This document shows positions 41,705-50,192 of a DNA stretch of 64,000 nt, one piece after another. The number at the start of each line of letters is the position of its first letter. The stretch's first letter is position 1. A program made the translations under genes and the position numbers. Origin of the DNA: Dysosmobacter segnis (GTDB lineage: Bacteria > Actinomycetota > Actinomycetes > Actinomycetales > Bifidobacteriaceae); the NCBI GenBank assembly GCA_963590945.1, contig CAVAQZ010000001.1:23220-87219 (forward strand), written 5' to 3'. Under the pieces are notes generated by a model that was not told where the DNA came from, made no database searches, and was given only the letters and a program-made list of their open reading frames with translations.

Positions 41705-42967
41705 TCAGGCGAGGATGCCGTCGACGAAGCCTTCCGGATCGAACGGAGCGAGATCATCCGGGCCTTCGCCAAGGCCGACGAGCTTGACCGGAACGCCAAG
41801 CGCCTTCTGCACGGAAATCACGATGCCGCCCTTCGCGGAGCCGTCAAGCTTGGAAAGCACCACTCCGGTGATGCCGATCGCCTCGGCGAACACCTTGGCC
41901 TGCGTCATGCCGTTCTGGCCCGTGGTGGCGTCGAGCACCAGCAGCACCTCGTCAACCGGAAGATTCTTCTCGGTGACTCGGCGAATCTTGCCCAGCTCAT
42001 CCATAAGATTGGCCTTGTTCTGCAAACGGCCGGCCGTATCGATGATCAGCACGTCCGCGTTGGCCTCCTTGGCCTTGCCGCTGGCTTCGAACGCCACGGA
42101 AGCCGGATCGGCGCCATCCTTGTCGGAACGCACGACCGGAACGCCCACCTTGGCCCCCCAGGTCTCCAGCTGGTCCGCGGCCGCGGCGCGGAAAGTGTCG
42201 GCCGCACCCAGAACGACCTGCTTGCCATCGGCCACGAACAGACGCGCAAGCTTGCCTGCGGTGGTGGTCTTGCCGGTGCCGTTCACGCCGACCATGATGA
42301 TGACGCTCGGCTTGTTCGCATCCTCTTTATTGGCGTTGAGGCGACGGTCGACGTCAGTGCCGACAAGATTCAGCAGCTTGTCCCGCAAAGCGGCGCGCAC
42401 CTGCTCCGGATCGGACTGGCCCGCGATGCGGGCGTCCGCGCGCAGCTCCTCGACCAGCTGTTCGCTGGCCTCGGCGCCGACGTCGGCAAGCAGCAAAGTA
42501 TCTTCGACATCCTCCCAATCGGCTTCGGACAGCTGGTCCTTGGCGAGGATGTTGAACAGCGCCTTGCCGAACGGATTGCCCGACTTGGCGAGCTTGGCCT
42601 TGAGGCGCTGCATGCGGGAGCCTGCGGATTCCGGCTTTTCGGTAGTGGAGGTGGCGGGAGCGTCCGGTACCGCCACGGCCGACTCGTGGGCAGTCTCGTT
42701 CTGCTGGGACTCCGGCTTTCCATGAGAGGACCCTTCCGCGCAATCCTTACGATCCTCAACCGCGACGGATGACGTTTCAGCAGCCTTCTTGGCCGCGTCT
42801 TCAGCGGCCCTCTCCGCAGCAAGACGGGCATCCGCCTTGGCCTTGGCGTCTTCGGTGGACTTGCTCACAGCATCGCTGCGGGTTTTTCCGAACCACCAGA
42901 AACCGAGGAAAACAATCGCGGCGATCGCGATCACGGCAACAACCGCAATAATCACATTCGTATCCAT
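41705..42967 (-). CDS. ftsY: SRP receptor FtsY
   Basis: GVNGTGKTTT, DTFRAAA, DTAGR, SKLDGSAKGG; N-terminal TM typical of actinobacteria. Confidence 0.97.
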   Translation of the reverse strand: MDTNVIIAVVAVIAIAAIVFLGFWWFGKTRSDAVSKSTEDAKAKADARLAAERAAEDAAKKAAETSSVAVEDRKDCAEGSSHGKPESQQNETAHESAVAVPDAPATSTTEKPESAGSRMQRLKAKLAKSGNPFGKALFNILAKDQLSEADWEDVEDTLLLADVGAEASEQLVEELRADARIAGQSDPEQVRAALRDKLLNLVGTDVDRRLNANKEDANKPSVIIMVGVNGTGKTTTAGKLARLFVADGKQVVLGAADTFRAAAADQLETWGAKVGVPVVRSDKDGADPASVAFEASGKAKEANADVLIIDTAGRLQNKANLMDELGKIRRVTEKNLPVDEVLLVLDATTGQNGMTQAKVFAEAIGITGVVLSKLDGSAKGGIVISVQKALGVPVKLVGLGEGPDDLAPFDPEGFVDGILA

Positions 42968-43100
42968 AATCACAGCCTAAAAAGCACAACGGACACCGAC
43001 TGCAGCCCCTGCGAAATCGCACGATTCGGGCCTTGCGAACCGTTTTGCGCAAAATGAACGGCGGTCCGCCACATCCATAGGGCGTGAAAAACTGGCCATT

Positions 43101-43913
43101 ATGGCCAACACATCCAGGATGACGTCGTTTCAAAGGCGCGAACAGCTCATTGAGATCGGCAGGTCTCTGTTCGCGGCGAAAGGCTTCGAAGCGGTAAGCG
43201 TCGAGGAGATCGCCGCGACCGCCAAGGTCTCGAAACCGATTGTGTACGAGCATTTCGGCGGCAAGGAAGGGCTGTACGCCGTGGTGGTGGACCGTGAGAT
43301 GCGTGCGCTCACCGACGTGCTCGTCGACGCGTTGTCCGACCCGCAGGCGCACCCCCGTCAGATTGTGGAGCGTGCGGCCATGGCGCTGCTCACCTATGTT
43401 GAGGAGAACGCCGACGGGTTCCGTGTGCTTACCCGCGATTCGCCGAGGACCGATCCCGCGGGATCGTTCAGCTCGCTGCTGGGAGACATCTCCATGCGAG
43501 TGGAGGACATTCTCGCCCAAGCGTTCAAGCGGCAGCATCTGCCGGCCAAAGGCGTTCCCTATTATGCGCAGATGCTCGTGGGCATGACCGCATACACCTG
43601 CCAGTTCTGGGCCGACCAGCGCAAGATCAGCAAGGAGCAGCTGGCCGCGCACATCGTGAACTTGGCATGGTATGGCCTCAGCCGCATGGAAGCCAAGCCA
43701 CGGCTGCGTTTTGAAAGCGGAAAGGCTTCGAAGTCGAAACGCACGTCGGAGAACGCCGGCGGAGAGCATGAAATCAACGAAATCGTACGGAGGGGAACGG
43801 AGCCGGGGACAGGGTCGGAAACCGCGGAAGAGTCCGGGACGGCGGAATCCGAACCGACAGGATCCGCACCGGCGCAGAGCCCTACGAAGGAAACGGATTC
43901 TGAAGCGCGATAG
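43101..43913 (+). CDS. TetR/AcrR family regulator
   Basis: GFEAVSVEEIAATAKVSKPIVYEHFGGK HTH; low-complexity tail. Confidence 0.92.
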   Translation: MANTSRMTSFQRREQLIEIGRSLFAAKGFEAVSVEEIAATAKVSKPIVYEHFGGKEGLYAVVVDREMRALTDVLVDALSDPQAHPRQIVERAAMALLTYVEENADGFRVLTRDSPRTDPAGSFSSLLGDISMRVEDILAQAFKRQHLPAKGVPYYAQMLVGMTAYTCQFWADQRKISKEQLAAHIVNLAWYGLSRMEAKPRLRFESGKASKSKRTSENAGGEHEINEIVRRGTEPGTGSETAEESGTAESEPTGSAPAQSPTKETDSEAR

Positions 43914-44217
43914 GCATCACGAGGCAACAGGCGGCACCGCCGCCGGCAAACCGACCGCATCAACCAAGCCAACCGCACCGGCGCAGATCGCACAATCGTA
44001 AAGCCGCACCATGAAACCGGCATCGCAAAACTGACGCGCGGCAACAAAACGTCAACAAATGTGTCTTCCGGGGAAATTCACGGCGCAAATCGCGAACACC
44101 ATTGTGCCGTTTGTGCAATAAGGCGTTCCCCCGAGCCATACAAGGTGCTAGGTTGGTTCCGTTACGAAACGCAACCGCACAACACCGCAGGCACCGCGGT
44201 TTAACTCAAGGAAGATC

Positions 44218-45249
44218 ATGCAGGAGAAAAAGACGCTCACCTTCGTGGTACCCGCATACAACATGACGGAATACCTGGAAAGGTGCGTTGAATCGTTGAT
44301 CGCGACGAAGCACAACGACGATATCGAAGTACTGATCGTGGACGACGGGTCGTCCGACGGAACGCTGGAAATGGCGAAGAAATTCGAAAACCGTCACCCG
44401 GGAATCGTCCACGCCATCCACCAGGAAAACAAGGGCCATGGCGGCGCCGTCAACACCGGAGTGGCGGCCGCGAACGGCATGTACGTCAAAGTCGTGGACG
44501 CCGACGACTGGGTCGGGCCGGAATCGCTGGAACAGGTGATGTCCGTACTCCGCAGGGAAGCCGAGTCCAGCGAACCGATCGACATGCTCGTCACCAATTA
44601 CGTGTACGACAAGGTGGGCAAACGCAACAAGCACGTGGTGAACTTCCGCCGCGCGATGGAAGCCGGGAAACGGCTCACCTGGGATGATCTCGGTCATTTC
44701 GGACTGTCCGAGTACATTCTCATGCACGCGCTGACGTTCCGCACCGAAGTGGTGCGGCAGTCAGGCATGAAGCTGCCGGAACACACATTCTACGTGGACT
44801 TCATTTACGCGTATCAGCCGTTCCCGTGGGTCAAAACCATGGAATACCTGGACACGCCGTTCTACCACTATTTCATCGGACGCGACGGTCAGAGCGTGCA
44901 GACCGACGTGATGATCCGCCGCGTGGACCAGCTGCGACTGGTGAACCAGTGCATGGTCAAGGCGACCCCGGAACGCGGCACCGTACCGGATGGACTGTAC
45001 CGCTATATGATTCATTTCCTGGCGATCGAAAGCTCGGTGGCCAGCGTGTTCATGATCCTTTCGCGCGATCCCGAGAATTACCAGAAGAAGAAGGACATGT
45101 GGGCCGACATCAAGGCCCACTCGCCTTCCATTTACGCGGACGTGCGCAAAAAGGCGATGTCACGCGCGCTGAATCTGCGCGGATCCGCCGGACGATTCGT
45201 GATTCGCAAGGGATATTTCCTGGCGGAGCACGTGGTCGGCTTCAACTGA
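44218..45249 (+). CDS. Family 2 glycosyltransferase
   Basis: VPAYN, IVDDGSSD, NKGHGGAVN, VDADD. Confidence 0.92.
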   Translation: MQEKKTLTFVVPAYNMTEYLERCVESLIATKHNDDIEVLIVDDGSSDGTLEMAKKFENRHPGIVHAIHQENKGHGGAVNTGVAAANGMYVKVVDADDWVGPESLEQVMSVLRREAESSEPIDMLVTNYVYDKVGKRNKHVVNFRRAMEAGKRLTWDDLGHFGLSEYILMHALTFRTEVVRQSGMKLPEHTFYVDFIYAYQPFPWVKTMEYLDTPFYHYFIGRDGQSVQTDVMIRRVDQLRLVNQCMVKATPERGTVPDGLYRYMIHFLAIESSVASVFMILSRDPENYQKKKDMWADIKAHSPSIYADVRKKAMSRALNLRGSAGRFVIRKGYFLAEHVVGFN

Positions 45250-45487
45250 CGCCGGAGGCCGGTTGGGGCTGGTCCATGCCGGCTCCTGCCCTGATGAGTT
45301 CCAGCGCCTCGCGCCGGAACCCGTCATCGTAGTGTTTCCTTCGATCCTCACGCATACGAAAGGACCGCGCCTCCGATCATCGAATCTGAATTTCTTCAGT
45401 CCAACAATCGGGGCGCAGTTCACTATCTCGCAATAAACAAAAAGTTCTGAAATCAACAATCACGAAGATTCCAGAACTTCCGAACGG

Positions 45488-45560
45488 TACCCCCCGTGGG
45501 ATTCGAACCCACAACCCACGACTTAAAAGGACGCTGCTCTAACCGTTGAGCTAGAGGGGC
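45488..45560 (-). tRNA. tRNA-Lys(TTT)
   Basis: GCCCCTCTAGCTCAACGGTTAGAGC...CTTTTAA anticodon loop...GGTTCGAATCC; 73 nt; CCA not fully encoded (CCG). Confidence 0.95.
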
Positions 45561-45823
45561 AACAGCAAATCAGTATACAACACTTTCACGCCAAACGCCA
45601 CAGCGAGTGTCTTAAGCGGCGATCCGGCCCATATCCGACGGACATCAGGATTGGTTCGCGCGGGAAGACCCACTCGCACGATCCCAACGCACCACCAGGC
45701 CCCAATGGGCGTCAAGAAGATGGTTTCGTCGCGCTGGACGCACATCGGCACCACCCGCGCCCAATGAGCGCCAAGGCGAATTCGGCGTGCCGATTTACGG
45801 AAGATGATAGACTGGACAAACAT

Positions 45824-45839
45824 TCGAACAAATGTTCGC
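45824..45839. promoter_or_regulatory. LexA (SOS) box
   Basis: TCGAACAAATGTTCGC matches the Gram-positive/actinobacterial CGAAC-N4-GTTCG consensus. Confidence 0.75.
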
Positions 45840-45865
45840 ATAGTTTCCGTAATATGGGGATTTCC

Positions 45866-45913
45866 CCACTATATGCAGTGGAAAAACTCACGACACACCA
45901 CTACCGGTAGTGT
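45866..45913. promoter_or_regulatory. Tandem NrdR-box-like palindromes
   Basis: CCACTATATGCAGTGG (45866) and CCACTACCGGTAGTGT (45898), 32 bp apart, upstream of an nrdH-like gene. Confidence 0.65.
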
Positions 45914-45988
45914 GTACACTAGAGTGTGGCCGTATACGGAACACGGCGCCGAACAACAGAACACAGGGCTGAGCAAAAGGAGGAATCG

Positions 45989-46225
45989 ATGACCGTCACC
46001 GTCTTCACCAATCCGAGTAATCCGCAGTGCGAAGCCACCGAACAAGAGCTTTCCAAACTTGGCGTGAAATACGTGGCCGTGGATCTGACTCAGAACCCGT
46101 GCACCTTCGAGCAGATCAAAGACGCAGGATTCAAGCAGATTCCCGTAGTCATCTCGCCGAACTCCTCCTGGAGCGGACACCGCCCGGACCTCATCAGGCA
46201 ACTGGCCCAGAGCTTCGCCGCATAG
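45989..46225 (+). CDS. NrdH-like glutaredoxin-fold protein (NPQC instead of CxxC)
   Basis: TVTVFT.P..PQC..T, GFKQIPVV, WSGHRPD NrdH signature; RBS AAGGAGG. Confidence 0.85.
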   Translation: MTVTVFTNPSNPQCEATEQELSKLGVKYVAVDLTQNPCTFEQIKDAGFKQIPVVISPNSSWSGHRPDLIRQLAQSFAA

Positions 46226-46255
46226 ACGGCCGGACGAACCCACAAACAACCAGAC

Positions 46256-47506
46256 CTACAGACGACCGGCGGAAGACGGGTCGAGCGTCATGGTCTGGAA
46301 TCGATTGGCCATGAAATCATCGCCGAAATACACGGCGAAGAACTGCGAAACCGGCGAGTTCTGCACGATACCGGCCATACGCGAATACCATGCGTCCAAT
46401 GCCATCAACGTCATGATGCCGTCGACGAAAATCAACGCGAAGCACACCACCGTCAGCGAATATCGGATCTTCCACGGAATGCGCTGAATCATGGACAACA
46501 TGTACGGCAGCACCAACTTAACCCAAACCAAGCCGAGCAATCCCCAGAAAAACATGTATTTGCCCGACGTGCGGCCATCGATCGACAGCCATTTGCCGGT
46601 GTAATCCCACGCGCGGATACCGAACGCCGTTTCCATGAACCAACTGGTGAAGTATTCGAACGCACCGCCGATCACCGCGCTGGAGCAGAAGATCAGCAAC
46701 CAATTCGACCTCCACAGATGGTTGAGCAGCACCGTGAGCAGCACCGCGCCAAAACCGTAGATCGGCGACAGCGGGCCCCATAGAAAACCGGCACGATCCT
46801 GGTATTCGCCGAACATGATGAAGTGGTACACGGTTTCCACAACAAGACCGAACACGCAGGCGAACACGAACAACCAAAACAGGTTGAAGAAATCCAAGGA
46901 AATATAGCCCTTGCCGGTCATATCGCGACCGGCCATGCCTACGGAAGCGGCCTCCTCATACTCACTGCGCGCGTCCATTTCACGCAGGGCGAATTTCAGA
47001 CGACGCTCGTCCCGAAGCGACGGGTCGGCAATGATATGCAGCACCACCAACACCGCCATCTTCAGCGCAGGCCCGAACATGTCGGCCCCGAAGCCCTGCA
47101 ACGCCAGAGTCAGCAGTCCTTCGACCACAGTAAGCGGAATCAGCACGTACGTCCACTGCGCCACATGCCTGCGCTTGTTCAGAACCAGCAGCGCGCCGAA
47201 AATCGACAGCGCAATCGTGTCGATCACCAGAACCGCCGCATGAAGCGAATCAAGGACAGTGGTGAGACTGACCACATCGACCTGCATGCGTCCATCGACC
47301 ACGGCATGAGCCACGCTCAGGCAGGAGACGACGATCGCGGGCAGCGCCATCACGCCTTCCGCCAGCATGATGAAGCCGAAGATGCGGAAAATCAGCGGCA
47401 ATCTGCGGTCGGCCGGATTGTCTATTTCAGCATTCGCAACGCCCGTTTCCATGGCATCAAGCTGCGTTTTGACTGCGATCGCCTCGCTCTGTTCGCGTTC
47501 TTCCAT
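46256..47506 (-). CDS. Putative ABC-transporter-type membrane protein (CmpB/DUF1113-like)
   Basis: RAGFLWGPLSPIYGFG and WDY motifs; many TM helices. Confidence 0.78.
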   Translation of the reverse strand: MEEREQSEAIAVKTQLDAMETGVANAEIDNPADRRLPLIFRIFGFIMLAEGVMALPAIVVSCLSVAHAVVDGRMQVDVVSLTTVLDSLHAAVLVIDTIALSIFGALLVLNKRRHVAQWTYVLIPLTVVEGLLTLALQGFGADMFGPALKMAVLVVLHIIADPSLRDERRLKFALREMDARSEYEEAASVGMAGRDMTGKGYISLDFFNLFWLFVFACVFGLVVETVYHFIMFGEYQDRAGFLWGPLSPIYGFGAVLLTVLLNHLWRSNWLLIFCSSAVIGGAFEYFTSWFMETAFGIRAWDYTGKWLSIDGRTSGKYMFFWGLLGLVWVKLVLPYMLSMIQRIPWKIRYSLTVVCFALIFVDGIMTLMALDAWYSRMAGIVQNSPVSQFFAVYFGDDFMANRFQTMTLDPSSAGRL

Positions 47507-47623
47507 ATCGGTCACACCATCAACCGTAGGCAATGTCGCAGACTGAAGCCGGATCGGCGGGATGCGGGAAGTCCCCGTTTTTGAGGCAGACGGGTGAACT
47601 GCGATCTTAGGTCAACCGATAAG

Positions 47624-47655
47624 AAGCCGCTCCCCGAAATCATGGGGAACGGCTT
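47624..47655 (-). terminator. Probable terminator
   Basis: AAGCCG.TCCCC...GGGGA.CGGCTT stem with TTCTT tail on the minus strand. Confidence 0.65.
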
Positions 47656-47686
47656 GCACACTTCCTTACATTGGTCGGCGAACGCG

Positions 47687-48241
47687 TCAGCTGGAGATGG
47701 CGTCGGAATCGGCCGAGCTGAAATATCCGCTGGAGCTGCTCGACCCGCCGGAACCGTTCGACTGGCCCGAACCGGTGGAGTTGCCGGAGTTGCCCGAACC
47801 ATTCGAATCGCCGGACTGGCCGGAACCAGACTGGCCGGACTGGCCGGAACCGCTCTGACCATCGGAGTTCTGGCCCGGCTGACCGCTCGGAGGTTCACCC
47901 ATCTGGCCGCTGGAATCGCCGCCCTGTCCACCCATCTGGCCGCCCTGCCCGCCGGGGCCGCCCTGCTGGCTCATCTGGGGTTCGTTGGATCCGGACAGCG
48001 CGCTCACCGCGAACGCCCCTCCGACACCGCCGATCAGGCCGCATACCAGGCTGATTCCAGCGACGAGTCCGATTACCTTGCCGCCAAGCGCAGGCCTTTT
48101 CGCCCCATTCGCGCCGGACACGTTGGGATCGCCCAGCGGGGTCTGCACGTTGTACCCGCCTCCTGCATTGCCGTTGTTGAAGTTGCCGCCGTTGTTGAAG
48201 TCGTTGGAATTGTTGCCGTTGCTGAAGTTGAAGTCGGTCAT
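47687..48241 (-). CDS. Single-TM Gly/Ser/Gln-rich low-complexity protein
   Basis: RBS AAGGAG, one hydrophobic helix, GGQGGQM and QSGSG repeats. Confidence 0.75.
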   Translation of the reverse strand: MTDFNFSNGNNSNDFNNGGNFNNGNAGGGYNVQTPLGDPNVSGANGAKRPALGGKVIGLVAGISLVCGLIGGVGGAFAVSALSGSNEPQMSQQGGPGGQGGQMGGQGGDSSGQMGEPPSGQPGQNSDGQSGSGQSGQSGSGQSGDSNGSGNSGNSTGSGQSNGSGGSSSSSGYFSSADSDAISS

Positions 48242-48357
48242 GATTGCTCCTTGATTACGGATTACGATTTACGCGGAATGGTCAGATGATTGGAAACAAA
48301 TAAGTAACGGTTAAAACGATGAGACAGGCCGGGACCCGCACGATTCACGCACGGCCA

Positions 48358-49935
48358 TCACAGGCTCCAGGTCGTCGAGGTGCCGAACCGCTCATCGAAC
48401 GAACTGCGGTCGATCACATCCGAGCTCAGTTCGGTTTCGGAGCCGACTTCCACGGAAGTGCCGTACGAGCCGGTGACCGTGACGGTAATGTCGCTGTCTC
48501 CGGAGACCACGGTCTTGCCGCCCGCGACGATGGTCACCGTGCGGCCGGAGGAATCCACGACCGACCCACCGGAAGCCACGTTCAGCGCGGAAACGGTCGT
48601 GTCGGACGTGACCACCCATGTGGAGGTGCCGTCGACGTTCACGGTGATCGGAGCGTCCGTGGACTGCGTTCCGGCGGAGTTCTCGGTGATTTCGGCGGAT
48701 CCGGTCCATGTGGAGCCTTCCAGCAGATTGAGCGTCACGCTCGAGATGGTGTCGGCCTCCACTTTGCCTTCCAGCGTCTGCGAGCGCCCGGTGAAGGTTA
48801 CGGTCGCGCCGTTCGAACCGGCGCTTCCCCAGCTGTTCGCATCGTTGCCTGCGGCGAGTATCAGGTTCGCCGCGGATGAGTCGAAGTCGAGGTCCGTGTT
48901 GGAGAGCACCACGTTCGCCGCGGTGTTGGTGAAGTAGAACATCGAACCGGATTCGATCGCCGATTTCAGGGTGGAGTCCTTGACTTGGAAGGTGGCATGG
49001 TCACCGGTGGACGTTTCCGCGTCGCCTGAGGTGGATTGGTAGATGATCACGCCGTTGGCCACCGGATCGAATCCGGTCGTGCCTGTGTTGGTGCTTTCCA
49101 GGGTCGAATCGTTGATGAGTATGGTGTTGAGGCCTTCCATGCCGGCGATCTGCGAACCGCTGGTGGTTCCCGTCACTTCTGACACTTCGACGTCTCCTGT
49201 GGAGTACAGCAGCGGGGATCCGCTTCCCGCCGTGCTGAGCGTGGAGTCGGTGACGGATACCGAACCGCCGCCGCGATCTGTGGCGAGTGCGGCGCTGTGG
49301 TCGCCTTGCGTAGAGATGGTCATCTTGTTGGCCACTATCGAACCGGAGTATGTTGCGTCGAGTCCACGCGAATTGTCGGATGAGGTGGAGATGTCCACGT
49401 TGTTGGCGAGGACGGTTGCGGAATCGGTGGAGAAGATCGCGTTGGAGCCGGAGCTCGTCGCGGTGATGGAGGAGTCGGAAATCACCGCCTTGGAGCTTTC
49501 TCCGACTGCCAGCAGCACCGAGTTCGTACCGTAGAAGTTGCAGTTGTCGGCGTTGTCGCTGTCTCCGGATTTGACGAGTTCGCCCGAGGTGATGGTGAGC
49601 GTGCCGCCGTTCTGCACGAGTGCCGCGTTCTGGTCGCTGTTGTTTGCGGTGACGGTCTCGCCGTCGGAACCCACTTCCTCGCCGTCCGCCGTGAGCGCGC
49701 CGGAGTAGCTGCCTGTGTAGTCGTAGTTCATGGTGTCGGCGCCGCCGCCGGCACCCACCAGAGTCTGGAAGGATTGTTGGCTGCTGGCGCTTGCTTTGAG
49801 CACTGCGGTCACGCCGGCGCCCGCTCCGAAACCGACGAGTGACACCGCCGCTGCGATGGCGATGATTTTGCCGAGGTTGCGACTGCCGCCACACGGTTTT
49901 CGTCGTTGCGTGGCATGTTCCGCTGCGTACGTCAT
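48358..49935 (-). CDS. Secreted/anchored Ser/Thr-rich probable beta-helix protein
   Basis: N-terminal hydrophobic helix; repeated ST.G..S..L units; NFYG.NS, ATDRGGG, IAGMEG and STWTG motifs; RBS GAAAGGAG. Confidence 0.75.
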   Translation of the reverse strand: MTYAAEHATQRRKPCGGSRNLGKIIAIAAAVSLVGFGAGAGVTAVLKASASSQQSFQTLVGAGGGADTMNYDYTGSYSGALTADGEEVGSDGETVTANNSDQNAALVQNGGTLTITSGELVKSGDSDNADNCNFYGTNSVLLAVGESSKAVISDSSITATSSGSNAIFSTDSATVLANNVDISTSSDNSRGLDATYSGSIVANKMTISTQGDHSAALATDRGGGSVSVTDSTLSTAGSGSPLLYSTGDVEVSEVTGTTSGSQIAGMEGLNTILINDSTLESTNTGTTGFDPVANGVIIYQSTSGDAETSTGDHATFQVKDSTLKSAIESGSMFYFTNTAANVVLSNTDLDFDSSAANLILAAGNDANSWGSAGSNGATVTFTGRSQTLEGKVEADTISSVTLNLLEGSTWTGSAEITENSAGTQSTDAPITVNVDGTSTWVVTSDTTVSALNVASGGSVVDSSGRTVTIVAGGKTVVSGDSDITVTVTGSYGTSVEVGSETELSSDVIDRSSFDERFGTSTTWSL

Positions 49936-50103
49936 GTCCGCTCCTTTCATGAAGCGTCGGGAAGGTTTTGTTTCGTCGTTAGTTGCATTGAACAACAGTC
50001 TTTCCCGTCTTTACTGGACGTGAGCGGAACGGTTTCTGCAAGGTTTTTGAGCGTTTTCTGAAAACGATTCGTTGTCGGCGGACTTGTTCCGCACCCCGTA
50101 TTA

Positions 50104-50139
50104 CGATACGTGATGCGTAGCGCTACGCGTAGCGTATCG
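50104..50139. promoter_or_regulatory. Two overlapping palindromic operators CG(A/C)TACG-N5-CGTA(G/T)CG
   Basis: CGATACGTGATGCGTAGCG and CGCTACGCGTAGCGTATCG upstream of the yhgE/pip operon. Confidence 0.6.
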
Positions 50140-50192
50140 CTATACGATCTACTTCGACACCTGAGCGAACCAAACCAAGGGGATGCCTGCCA

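Noticed and set aside
45250..45560. Integrated element at tRNA-Lys
   Set aside because: No integrase and no duplicated tRNA 3' end seen in the window
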